From the UHGV virus genome UHGV-0332176: 64,000 nt of DNA; one strand, 5' to 3'. This document shows, one piece after another, positions 1 to 9,143 of this stretch. The DNA is from a virus. A program made the translations under genes and the position numbers. Every line of letters begins with the position of its first letter. Positions within the stretch are counted from its first letter, which is position 1. Under the pieces are notes generated by a model. That model ran no database searches. It saw only the letters and a program-made list of their open reading frames with translations, and was not told the DNA's origin.

Positions 1-201
1 GCTGGATACGTAAATATACTCCAAAACGTTATATTTCAGAAGATGAATTAAATAGAATCATTGAAAGCTCTAAAACTTTTAATGATAGAGATGATGGTGA
101 AATTTATTTGTTAGAAAATGCGTTTCCAGGTTATGAAATTATTACAACTGATAAAAATGTTTTCTTAATTAAAAATAATAAAATTTTAATGATGGTTTAA
201 A

Positions 202-963
202 ATGAAATTATATAGAGGTTATAATAAAGATTATTCAAATTGGGGAATTAGACCAAATCAAAATTATATTTGGACGACTGATGATATTGATTATGCATTA
301 GAATATGCTAAATTATTTAATAATGGCGGTTTAGTTGAATTTGATGTAGATGACAATCAATTAAATTTAGCAAATGATTATGATGGTGAAGAATTATTTG
401 GCGATGAATGGTATGATTTTGGTGGTTTGATTGATGCTGATAATGATATGATTCAAGTTTTTATAGATAATGGTTTTAATTCAGCATTATTAGATAATAG
501 TGGGATTGATTGTTATTTATTATTTGATAAAAAATTAATTAAATCCGCAAAAGAATTACCAATAGAATATGATGAAAATGCTATTAATGAAGTTTTAAAA
601 ATTGCTGGTGTTCAAATAAATGAAAGCAAATATACTGTTAAAGGCGTTACATTTTATGAAGACCCATCAATAAATTGGATTAAATCACAATTAAATAATG
701 GTAAAGAACTAAGAATTGCTATTGATGGTGATTTAAATGAGCCTTATTTTGGACAATGGTTGGTATGGGACGCAATGTCTGCTAATCATCAAAAAGCATT
801 TCAAATACTTGGTATGGATGAAGAAGATAATATCTGTTTAAGATTATCAAAAGATGCTATAACCTATTGGGGATATTATAATCATCAAATAAATAAATTA
901 TCTCAAGATGAAAAAATACAAAAAATATATCCAAATGGATACAAACTTATTAAGGAATGGTAA
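202..963 (+). CDS. hypothetical protein; paralog of the N-terminal regions of 2540..3946 and 23930..26890, possible ADP-ribosyltransferase-like fold
   Basis: 253-aa ORF. Shares a C-terminal motif (EVLKIAGVQINE) with ORF 2540..3946 (EVLKRAGIQINE). The N-terminal segment YRGY..IWTTDD is reminiscent of the R-S-E class of ADP-ribosyltransferases. This is weak, motif-level evidence only. Confidence 0.55.
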   Translation: MKLYRGYNKDYSNWGIRPNQNYIWTTDDIDYALEYAKLFNNGGLVEFDVDDNQLNLANDYDGEELFGDEWYDFGGLIDADNDMIQVFIDNGFNSALLDNSGIDCYLLFDKKLIKSAKELPIEYDENAINEVLKIAGVQINESKYTVKGVTFYEDPSINWIKSQLNNGKELRIAIDGDLNEPYFGQWLVWDAMSANHQKAFQILGMDEEDNICLRLSKDAITYWGYYNHQINKLSQDEKIQKIYPNGYKLIKEW

Positions 964-1344
964 ATGAACATATTTTTAAAATTTCTACCATATTTGTTAA
1001 TAATTGCATTAGGTGCTGGTATCTATGGTGGTTTTAGATATATGTCAAATGAATTATCTATTACTAAAGAACAAAATCAAACTCTTATTATTAAAAATAA
1101 TGAATTACAAAATCAAATTAAAACAATTTCAACAACAGCTAATGTAACTGTTGAACAATTGGAACAGATTAGAAAAAATGAAAAAGAATCATTAAAATAT
1201 ATTTCTGAAACTAATTTAAAAATAGATGCGTTGGAATTAAATGAAGATTCAAACATTATACTTATGAAAATTAATAACTATGAAGTATGTATGGCAAAAA
1301 ATTCATTAAATCCTGAAATTAAATGTGAATTAAATATAAAATAG
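964..1344 (+). CDS. membrane-anchored coiled-coil protein
   Basis: Start is abutted to the previous stop. N-terminal hydrophobic helix (LPYLLIIALGAGIYGGF) followed by a coiled-coil-like segment. Confidence 0.55.
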   Translation: MNIFLKFLPYLLIIALGAGIYGGFRYMSNELSITKEQNQTLIIKNNELQNQIKTISTTANVTVEQLEQIRKNEKESLKYISETNLKIDALELNEDSNIILMKINNYEVCMAKNSLNPEIKCELNIK

Positions 1345-1355
1345 TTTATTTTCTC

Positions 1356-1383
1356 TTGACAAGTAATTTTTATATGTTATATT
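1356..1383 (+). promoter_or_regulatory. sigma70-type early promoter (TTGACA, 16-nt spacer, TATATT)
   Basis: ctcTTGACAagtaatttttatatgtTATATT. The promoter and downstream leader are near-identical to the element at 53321. Confidence 0.6.
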
Positions 1384-1419
1384 AACCTTATCAACAACAA
1401 ATAATGAAAGGTTAAACAA

Positions 1420-1788
1420 ATGATTACTTCAACTGAATTAGAAAATTTGATGGCTTATGCAACAGGTACAGAAAATTATTACAGATATAACTGTGGTAAT
1501 GAAATTCTTATTACTGATGGAGTAAAAATTTTTGCAGAAAATGCAGAAGCATTTTGGTTCTTAAATGATTTTTGTATTTTTATGCCTAAATGGATTAAAA
1601 AAACCGAAGAAGAATTCTTTTCTATTAAACTTATTGTTAAAAATGGTAAAGGTGATATGATTATTTCTGATGGTAATGATAAACCTCTTTATAAAAAACA
1701 TTATTCATATACCGATTGCCCAAATGGAGAATGGCTATTCTTTTATGATAATTATTCAAAAGTTCTTATGTGGCACAATGAATATTAA
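1420..1788 (+). CDS. hypothetical early protein
   Basis: 122-aa ORF preceded by the conserved promoter/leader. No recognisable motifs. Confidence 0.55.
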   Translation: MITSTELENLMAYATGTENYYRYNCGNEILITDGVKIFAENAEAFWFLNDFCIFMPKWIKKTEEEFFSIKLIVKNGKGDMIISDGNDKPLYKKHYSYTDCPNGEWLFFYDNYSKVLMWHNEY

Positions 1789-1793
1789 GATTA

Positions 1794-1828
1794 AAAACCT
1801 CTCTAATAAATATTTAGAGAGGTTTTTT
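1794..1828 (+). terminator. rho-independent terminator
   Basis: aaacctctctaa..ttagagaggtttttt: a hairpin followed by a T-run. Confidence 0.7.
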
Positions 1829-1841
1829 ACTTGGAGATATA

Positions 1842-2539
1842 ATGAAAATTTCAGAACATATGCGAAAAATATTAGAAATGGCTGGTATTGAAGAACCATT
1901 AGAAGAAATGGCATATCCAACAAATTTTAATTTAAATGAATTTTCTCAAATTCCAACATTTATTGGAAGAAAAAATATTGTGATGAACGTTTACAAAAAA
2001 TAGGTGCTGGTTCTTCAAGAATTGTTTATAGGGTTGATGATGAAAAAGTTTTAAAAATTGCAAAAAATAAAAAAGGATTAGCTCAAAATGAACACGAAGC
2101 TGATTGGGGAAGAAATAATTATGAAATTTTTGCAAAAATTTATGAAGCGGATACTAATAACTATACTTGGATTGAAATGGAATTAGCTACAAAAGCTAAA
2201 CCAACAGATTTTAAAAGATTAGTTGGTATTTCGTGGCAAGAATTATGTTTGACAATAGAATATATTTATGATATATATAAACCTAATAAAAATCCTTATT
2301 ACGTTAAAAGATATGATAGTAGATTAATGGATGAATTTATGGAAAAAGAAGTTTATTCAGAAAAGAATGATTTTCTTTATAATTTATATACTTATATGAC
2401 GGATTATCAACCAATGATTATTGGTGATTGGACGAGAATTACAAACTGGGGGATAGTTGAACGTAATGGAAAAGAATTGCCCGTTATTATTGATGATGGA
2501 TTAGATGAATTAATTTATAAAACATATTATGGATGGTAA
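1842..2539 (+). pseudogene. protein-kinase-like (PKL fold, RIO/Kdo-kinase-like) gene split by a -1 frameshift at A_AAA_AAT (1970-1976)
   Basis: Frame 0 (1842-2003): MKISEHMRKILEMAGIEEPLEEMAYPTNFNLNEFSQIPTFIGRKNIV.. then a stop. Frame -1 is open from 1940 and reads ..KKYCDERLQKIGAGSSRIVYRVDDEKVLKIAKN (glycine-rich loop plus the VAIK-like lysine), ..WIEMELA (hinge), IIGDWTRITNWGI (catalytic loop) and PVIIDDGL (DFG-like). The table ORF 2177..2539 is the C-terminal part of this frame. Either a pseudogene or sequencing error, or programmed/transcriptional slippage. Confidence 0.45.
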
Positions 2540-3946
2540 TTGAAAATGGTAGAATTTATTGCATATCACGGAAGTCAAACAAGTAAATTAAAAATGTATG
2601 AAAATTCAGCATTATATTTTACAACTAATTATAATCAAGCAAAATCTTATGCTAAAAGAGAATGGGATGAAGGACTAATTGAAGGACAAATTCCTGTTGT
2701 ATATAAAGCTAAATTAAATATTGAAAATCCTTATAAAATTAAAGATTATGATGAATTTATGATGGATTTTACTGATACAGGTATGTATGAATATTTTAGG
2801 GAAGAATTGATTGAAAAAGGATATGATTCAGCAATTTATGATGATAAAAAACATAAGTCACAATTAATAGTTATTTTTTATCCATCTCAATATAAAATTT
2901 TAGAAATGGAAAAATTACCACCATCTTTAGAATATTATTATAATGGTGAATTAGAAGACGATGAAGATATAAATGATTACTATTATGAAGATGATTATGA
3001 TGATGAGATTGATGAAGTTTTAAAAAGAGCTGGTATTCAAATTAATGAAGAAAAGATAGATGCTCCATTTCAAATTCCAGAAGTTATTAAAGACAATTTT
3101 AAAATTACTAATTCATTAAAAGATGCAAGTAAATGGAAAGCCAAAATTATTGAAAACAATAGTAATGGTGATGAATCAATTGGTATTGGTGATTGGAATA
3201 ATATTGGTTATGTAATGATTTCATTAAAAGATAATACAATTATTCCTATTGCTCGTGCAGATGAGCATAAACAAGGTTATGAACTTTTATATGAATTACA
3301 AGAGAAATATGGAATAAATGCATCAGATTATTATAGTGTTTGGTGCTTAAAAAATTCAGCAAATTATCCTTATAATAAAGAAGAAGGAGATTTATTGAAA
3401 AAAGCATTAATTAAATGTAAAAGTTATGGTATGGATTTATCAAAATCTTTGGTTTATATGAAATATATAGACCCACTTTATAGAGATAAATCTTATGATG
3501 ATTCTATGATTACAGCTGAAGATTTTATAAATGATAATTATCAAACAGTTGAAAAATTAAATACCTCAATTACAAATACTGGAAATAAATTAATTGATGC
3601 TTTTAAATTGTTAAGTGAAAGTTTTTCTAAAACAAATATTCGTGGCAAGTATTCAATTGTTAATATTAATAAAGCAATAAAGAATTTATATAATGTTGGA
3701 AGTAAAATAATTTTAAAAGATAATTTTAAACTGGTTAGTGATATGGATTTAGAACAAATGCAAGAATTTGTGCAACAGTATAAAGAAGGATATTATAATA
3801 ACAATCAATTGTCAAAAGTATTTTTTGGATTTATGGGATTTAGAAATAATTTTCATCAACGTTTAAGAAAAAACATTGATAATAAAATGCTTGAAAAACA
3901 ATTAGGGTCAGTTGAAAAAATTATAGAAATAATAGGAAGTATATAA
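2540..3946 (+). CDS. hypothetical 468-aa protein with an ART-fold-like N-terminal region (YHGS .. LYFTT)
   Basis: The N-terminal AYHGSQ..ALYFTTNYNQAKSYAK resembles the H-Y-[E] clade of ADP-ribosyltransferases (PARP/Arr-like HGS and YF[ST] motifs). It is paralogous to the N-terminal region of 23930..26890(-) and shares a C-terminal motif with 202..963. Confidence 0.6.
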   Translation: MKMVEFIAYHGSQTSKLKMYENSALYFTTNYNQAKSYAKREWDEGLIEGQIPVVYKAKLNIENPYKIKDYDEFMMDFTDTGMYEYFREELIEKGYDSAIYDDKKHKSQLIVIFYPSQYKILEMEKLPPSLEYYYNGELEDDEDINDYYYEDDYDDEIDEVLKRAGIQINEEKIDAPFQIPEVIKDNFKITNSLKDASKWKAKIIENNSNGDESIGIGDWNNIGYVMISLKDNTIIPIARADEHKQGYELLYELQEKYGINASDYYSVWCLKNSANYPYNKEEGDLLKKALIKCKSYGMDLSKSLVYMKYIDPLYRDKSYDDSMITAEDFINDNYQTVEKLNTSITNTGNKLIDAFKLLSESFSKTNIRGKYSIVNINKAIKNLYNVGSKIILKDNFKLVSDMDLEQMQEFVQQYKEGYYNNNQLSKVFFGFMGFRNNFHQRLRKNIDNKMLEKQLGSVEKIIEIIGSI

Positions 3947-4275
3947 TGATGAAAAAAATATTTTTATTATTAATAGCATTAATGTTATGTGCTTGTGCAA
4001 CTAAAACAGAAGTAATTTATCAACCTGTTTATCCAAATTTGCCACAACTTGAATCACCATTAATTTTGTCAAATATTCCTTGTAAATTTTCAATGCCAGA
4101 AAATCAGACTGAACAAATTTTTATTGGTTTTAATAAAGAAAATTTTAAATGTTATTTAAAAAATCAAGAAATAAACCGTGAACAAAAATTATTATTTGAA
4201 AAATTTGTCAATGAAGTTAATAAAGAACGAAAAATTTGGAATAATGCAAATAAAAAGGTTGACAATAAAAAATAA
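3946..4275 (+). CDS. lipoprotein
   Basis: The signal peptide MMKKIFLLLIALMLCACATK contains a lipobox-like LMLC sequence. Confidence 0.6.
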   Translation: MMKKIFLLLIALMLCACATKTEVIYQPVYPNLPQLESPLILSNIPCKFSMPENQTEQIFIGFNKENFKCYLKNQEINREQKLLFEKFVNEVNKERKIWNNANKKVDNKK

Positions 4276-4312
4276 ATGATATAGTATAACCTTAATTTAA
4301 GAGGTATTATTT

Positions 4313-4984
4313 ATGTCATTTTTTAATTTAACTAAAATAAAATCAATAACAAAATTAAATAAAATATATAGATTACTTAGTAAAACATATCATCCTGACA
4401 ATAAAGAAACAGGTGATAAAGATAAATTTATTGAGTTAAAAGAAGAATATGATAATGCAAAAAAAGTAATTTCTTCTTCACCAACACCAATTTTAATCAA
4501 TATTTCAACTTCAAAAGCATTCACAGGCTGTGAAGTTAATTATAATAATTGTGGCGATTCTGCCATAATTAAAATTCCTGCTAAATTTTATGATACTATG
4601 GATAGTGCCCTTATTTGTGATAATAATGGAAAATCATATATTGTATCCGTTAAGATAAAACCAGAAAAAGATGAAGCAATTACTTATTCACGAAATGGTG
4701 ATATAATTATTACCAAATATATTGAAATTACACCATTTGATTTAATTGGAAATAATGTTATATCATTTAATTTATTTAATGAAGAAAAACAAATTTTATT
4801 AACAAATAAATTAATAAAAAATATTCAACAACCACTAACATTATTAAATATCGGATACCCTTTGAAAAAAAATAGAAAAAAACGTGGAATTGTTAGAATA
4901 AGATTTAAAATTAAACCTTTATCTATTAAAGATGAAGATAAAAAATTATTAAAAGTTATTGAGGAAAAATATAAATGCCAGTAG
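4313..4984 (+). CDS. J-domain (DnaJ-like) co-chaperone
   Basis: YRLLSKTYHPDNKETGDKDKFIELKEEYDN matches the J-domain helix II/III with its invariant HPD tripeptide. Confidence 0.65.
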   Translation: MSFFNLTKIKSITKLNKIYRLLSKTYHPDNKETGDKDKFIELKEEYDNAKKVISSSPTPILINISTSKAFTGCEVNYNNCGDSAIIKIPAKFYDTMDSALICDNNGKSYIVSVKIKPEKDEAITYSRNGDIIITKYIEITPFDLIGNNVISFNLFNEEKQILLTNKLIKNIQQPLTLLNIGYPLKKNRKKRGIVRIRFKIKPLSIKDEDKKLLKVIEEKYKCQ

Positions 4985-7263
4985 ATGTATATGAAGAAAA
5001 ACTTTTAACCGAAATTGCTATTAAAGCATCGGATATTGCTAAAGAAACAAAATCAAAAATTTTATTACCAGAACATTTTTTATCAGTTATTTTACAAGAT
5101 AAATTTATAGTAAATCTTCTTACAAAAAAAGATACTGAAAAATATGAAAATGTTGTTAAAATGTTAAATGATTTTTGTATGAATTCAAATGATATTGACC
5201 GTATAACGGATGAAGATTCTTCTGATGAATTAATAATTAGTCCATTAATTAGTATATATATTTCATATGTAACTGTATGTAATAAAAGTTGTTTAGATAT
5301 TTTATCAAAAAATAAAGATTTTTATAAAATTAATTTATTGGGAGCTTTTTTATTTATGCATTCAACTTATGCTAATAAAGTTTTAAGAGATAATGGTTTT
5401 GATGTTAATTATATAGATGAAACAGTTGAAAATTTGGCATCAAATATTATTTTTGATGACCGTATTAAACCATTATTAGAAGAAAAAACTTCAAATACTA
5501 AAAATGATAATAATTTTGAAGAAGAATATTTAAATGCATTTACAATTAATTTAACAAATAAAGTTAAACAAAAAGATTGGATTCATATTGTTGGAAGAAA
5601 TGAAGAAATTGATTTAATTAAACAAATTTTATTAAGAAAAGATAAACCAAATGTTATTTTAGTTGGATATTCTGGTGTAGGTAAAACTAAAATTGTTGAA
5701 GGAATTGCGTTTGATTATATTAAAAAACATCCTGAAATTACATTTTTACAATTAGATACTCTTTCATTATTTTCTAATATCGGTATTAAAGGTGAATTAG
5801 AAAATAGAATAAAAAATATATATAATATTATTTCAAAAAAAGGTAATATTATTCTTTTTATTGATGAAATTCATTCTATTTGTAATTCATCTAACAATGC
5901 AAGTCAACCAGATGTTGCTAATTTATTAAAACCATTATTAACAGATGGTAAATTAAAAATTATTGGAGCAACAACTTTTGAAGAATATAGAAAATATATG
6001 GAAAATGATGAAGCATTTACAAGAAGATTTTATAAAATGATAATAAATGAACCTTCTATTGATGAAACGAGAAAGATTATTGCCCAAATTTCAACTAAAT
6101 ATGAAGAATTTTATCATATTAAATATTTACGGAGAGCAAGAGAAACTATTCTTGATTTAACAAAGAAATATATTTTTGATAAACATTTTCCAGAAAAAGC
6201 GATTGATGTATTAGATATGGCTGGTGCATATTGTAAATATATTGATAATTCTGTTTGCGATGTTTTAGAAATTCAGAAAACAATTTCAAGAATGTTAAAT
6301 ATTCCGTTATCTAATATTTCACAATCTGAAGAAGACATTTATCAACACCTTGAAGATAATCTTAAAAAAGAAATTATTGGTCAAGATGAAGCTGTTAACC
6401 AAGTAAGTGATGCCGTTATTATTGCAAGGTCTGGCTTACGAGAAGCAAATAAAACAGCAACTTCGCTAATGTTTAAAGGTTCTTCTGGTGTTGGTAAAAC
6501 AGAAATTTGTAAAGTGTTATCAAAAATTATGAATATTCCATTAGTTAGATTTGATATGTCGGAGTTTATGGAAGAACATAGTGTACCAAAATTAATTGGT
6601 GCTCCTCCTGGATATAAAGATGCGGGTGATGGAAAAGCAGGAAATGGTTTACTAATTAATGCAATTGATGAAAATCCATATTGTATTTTATTATTAGATG
6701 AAATAGAAAAAGCTCATCCAAAAATTCATAATTTATTATTACAAGTAATGGATAATGGTAAATTAACATCTTCAATGGGTAAAAGTGTTTCTTTTGAAAA
6801 TGTATTTTTAATAATGACTTCAAATGTTGGTTCATATAATAGTCATAAAATTGGAATAGGTTTTGGAAATTCAGAAACATCACCATCTGATAAAGATTTT
6901 GAAGATAGCTTTTTACCAGAATTTAGAAATCGTATAGATTCAGTCATTACATTTAACACATTGCCTGAAAGTGTAATGAAGAAAATCTGTAAAAAATTTC
7001 TTAATGAATTAAAAGATATGTTAAGAAATAAAAAGATTGATTTTAAATATAATGATGATATAATAAATTATATAGTTTCAAAAGTTGGTTCTTCTGAAAA
7101 TGGAGCAAGACCAATGAAACATATCATTACTAATGAAATCAAAAATAAAATAGCTAAAAATCTTGTATTTGGAAAATACAAAGAAAACAGTATTATTAAT
7201 TTAACAATGAATGAAAATATTATTAATTTTGAGGTTGAAGAAAAATGTTTGAAAGAAGATTAA
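4975..7263 (+). CDS. ClpA/ClpC-like Hsp100 AAA+ chaperone with two nucleotide-binding domains
   Basis: NBD1 shows GRNEEIDLIKQILLRKDKPNVILVGYSGVGKTKIVEGIAF and IGATTFEEYRKY..AFTRRF. NBD2 shows IIGQDEAVNQVSDAV, GSSGVGKTEICKVLS, RFDMSEFMEEHSV.KLIGAPPGY and LLLDEIEKAHP. At 762 aa it is about the length of ClpA. Confidence 0.8.
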   Translation: MPVDVYEEKLLTEIAIKASDIAKETKSKILLPEHFLSVILQDKFIVNLLTKKDTEKYENVVKMLNDFCMNSNDIDRITDEDSSDELIISPLISIYISYVTVCNKSCLDILSKNKDFYKINLLGAFLFMHSTYANKVLRDNGFDVNYIDETVENLASNIIFDDRIKPLLEEKTSNTKNDNNFEEEYLNAFTINLTNKVKQKDWIHIVGRNEEIDLIKQILLRKDKPNVILVGYSGVGKTKIVEGIAFDYIKKHPEITFLQLDTLSLFSNIGIKGELENRIKNIYNIISKKGNIILFIDEIHSICNSSNNASQPDVANLLKPLLTDGKLKIIGATTFEEYRKYMENDEAFTRRFYKMIINEPSIDETRKIIAQISTKYEEFYHIKYLRRARETILDLTKKYIFDKHFPEKAIDVLDMAGAYCKYIDNSVCDVLEIQKTISRMLNIPLSNISQSEEDIYQHLEDNLKKEIIGQDEAVNQVSDAVIIARSGLREANKTATSLMFKGSSGVGKTEICKVLSKIMNIPLVRFDMSEFMEEHSVPKLIGAPPGYKDAGDGKAGNGLLINAIDENPYCILLLDEIEKAHPKIHNLLLQVMDNGKLTSSMGKSVSFENVFLIMTSNVGSYNSHKIGIGFGNSETSPSDKDFEDSFLPEFRNRIDSVITFNTLPESVMKKICKKFLNELKDMLRNKKIDFKYNDDIINYIVSKVGSSENGARPMKHIITNEIKNKIAKNLVFGKYKENSIINLTMNENIINFEVEEKCLKED

Positions 7264-7769
7264 GTTATGAGGAAACTTTAAAACTCATTGAAAGAGGGGT
7301 GTTATGTGAGAGTAATGTGCATATTTGCATTGATAAATTATCTAAACACTCAACAGATGAATATTATATCAATAAAATTGAAATTGAAGAAAGTGCGACT
7401 AAAAAAGAAATTTTGTTTGATGTGATTAAATGTGATGAAGCCGTAACGAATAATAGAGAACCAGTATGGATTCCATATAATTGGATTAAAGAAATTAGTA
7501 ATATGCCGATTGAATGTTTATTAGAAGCATATGATATGGCTGAAAGTAATAGAATTGTTGAAGTTTATTTAGAAACTGATATTGAAAAAGATATTATTGG
7601 GAAAGAGGAAGCAGAATTAGAAGGTTATGAATTATATGATGGTTTAAAGTTTATTTTTTATAAAGATAAAAATGAAAAATACTGTGGTAAAACATTAACT
7701 GTTAAAGGAGTTGGAGAATCAATTAGATTTGTTGCGAATAGGGGTCGTCCAAGAAAAAAGAGAAATTAA
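7245..7769 (+). CDS. hypothetical protein
   Basis: 174-aa ORF overlapping the end of the ClpA-like gene. Confidence 0.5.
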   Translation: MFERRLSYEETLKLIERGVLCESNVHICIDKLSKHSTDEYYINKIEIEESATKKEILFDVIKCDEAVTNNREPVWIPYNWIKEISNMPIECLLEAYDMAESNRIVEVYLETDIEKDIIGKEEAELEGYELYDGLKFIFYKDKNEKYCGKTLTVKGVGESIRFVANRGRPRKKRN

Positions 7770-7788
7770 ACCATTAAATTAGACCTTT

Positions 7789-7829
7789 AAAATCCTTATA
7801 AATATAATTATAGTTTATAAGGATTTTTT
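7789..7829 (+). terminator. hairpin terminator overlapping a T4-type late promoter TATAAATA (7797-7804)
   Basis: aaatccttataaatataattatagtttataaggatttttt. TATAAATA lies 26 nt upstream of the ATG at 7830. Confidence 0.6.
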
Positions 7830-9143
7830 ATGAGTAATATTGTTTATGAATATCGTACAGGTGTGTGTGCAATTGATTCTCCCTGCAAAGACCAAACTGT
7901 ATCTGTAAAAAAGCAGGCGATTGATGCATCAAATAAAAAACCTAAAACCAAGAATCCAACTCCATTAATACCTGTTCAGCCAACAAAACCAAGATATATG
8001 GGGGCAAATCATAGTCATTATGAAAGTTCAGTTACTGATAAAAGAGTTTATTTAAATGTTTCTCCATTAGCTAAAAATAATGAAGAATATTTAGATAGAA
8101 TACGTTATGTTTTAGGAAGTGAGAAAAGAGCATATAATGGTTCTAACATATATGGATTTTTATATAAATGTTTGAAACCTACCGTTGGTATTGTATTTCC
8201 ATATACACCAAGAATTTCAATAAATCATCAAGTTAATTATGAAAGAACTGAAATTATACATTCTAATTTAGCGGTTAGCCATTATAAAAATACTCCACCA
8301 CCAACATATAGTATAGATGCGGTATTTACTGCGGATTCAAAAGAAATGGCTCGTCATATGTTATCTGCAATATGGTTTATGAGAGCTGTTACAAAATGTG
8401 ATTTTGGTGAAGCTGCTAATAGTAGAAATGGAAAAGTTGATGGAATGAGTACAGCAGGTATGCCACCACCAATTTTATATTTGAATGGATGGAATAATTT
8501 ATTAGATAATATACCTGTTGTTGTAAAATCTTTTAGTTATACTTTACCAGATGACCAAGATTATGTTGGTTTAGGTTTAAATTTAAATCTTGCATCTTTT
8601 GAAAATATTAATCAATTATATTCAGATGCAATTACTGGTGATTTTTATGATACTGGATATGGGGATAAAATTAATATGAATAATACTTCAGAAACCAGAT
8701 ATATTAATGGTATTCCAGTAAATACATCAAATATTACAACAAATCCAACAACGATTGGTGTTAATAAAAATGATAGATTTTATTTAAAAAATTGGCTTCC
8801 AGTTGAATTACAAATGCATATAGAATTAGAAGTTCAACCAAATTTACAAAAATATAAAAAACGTTTTGATTTAGATTATTATAAAATGGGTGTTATGTAT
8901 TTAGATAGTTATAAAGGTGGTCAAACAATATTAGTTCCTGACCAGAATGGTTGTTTCCTAAGAGTTGCAAAGGATGCAACAACAGGAGAAATATTAAGTT
9001 CTGAAACACGTAGAACTTCTTTACAGGCAATTCAAAAAGAAATGAATGAAAATCCAAATGTAACCGCATCAGATGAAGTTAAATCAGGTTTTTCAATAAT
9101 GCCAACAAAATATACATTTGATAGAGCTGGTTGGACTTGGTAA
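7830..9143 (+). CDS. virion structural protein (late; putative baseplate module)
   Basis: 437-aa ORF downstream of the TATAAATA motif and the first gene of a block of large, contiguous, overlapping ORFs. No specific motif recognised. Confidence 0.55.
   Translation: MSNIVYEYRTGVCAIDSPCKDQTVSVKKQAIDASNKKPKTKNPTPLIPVQPTKPRYMGANHSHYESSVTDKRVYLNVSPLAKNNEEYLDRIRYVLGSEKRAYNGSNIYGFLYKCLKPTVGIVFPYTPRISINHQVNYERTEIIHSNLAVSHYKNTPPPTYSIDAVFTADSKEMARHMLSAIWFMRAVTKCDFGEAANSRNGKVDGMSTAGMPPPILYLNGWNNLLDNIPVVVKSFSYTLPDDQDYVGLGLNLNLASFENINQLYSDAITGDFYDTGYGDKINMNNTSETRYINGIPVNTSNITTNPTTIGVNKNDRFYLKNWLPVELQMHIELEVQPNLQKYKKRFDLDYYKMGVMYLDSYKGGQTILVPDQNGCFLRVAKDATTGEILSSETRRTSLQAIQKEMNENPNVTASDEVKSGFSIMPTKYTFDRAGWTW

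Noticed and set aside
1670-1891. ORF 1670..1891 (73 aa), overlapping 1420..1788 and the terminator
   Set aside because: It overlaps a better-supported gene in another frame, spans a terminator hairpin and has low-complexity translation. It is probably spurious.
1932-2135. Minus-strand ORF 1932..2135
   Set aside because: It is antisense to the kinase-like gene, whose motifs are clear on the plus strand, so it is an artefact of AT-rich sequence.
6656-6886. Minus-strand ORF inside the ClpA-like gene
   Set aside because: Entirely antisense to a strongly supported gene.
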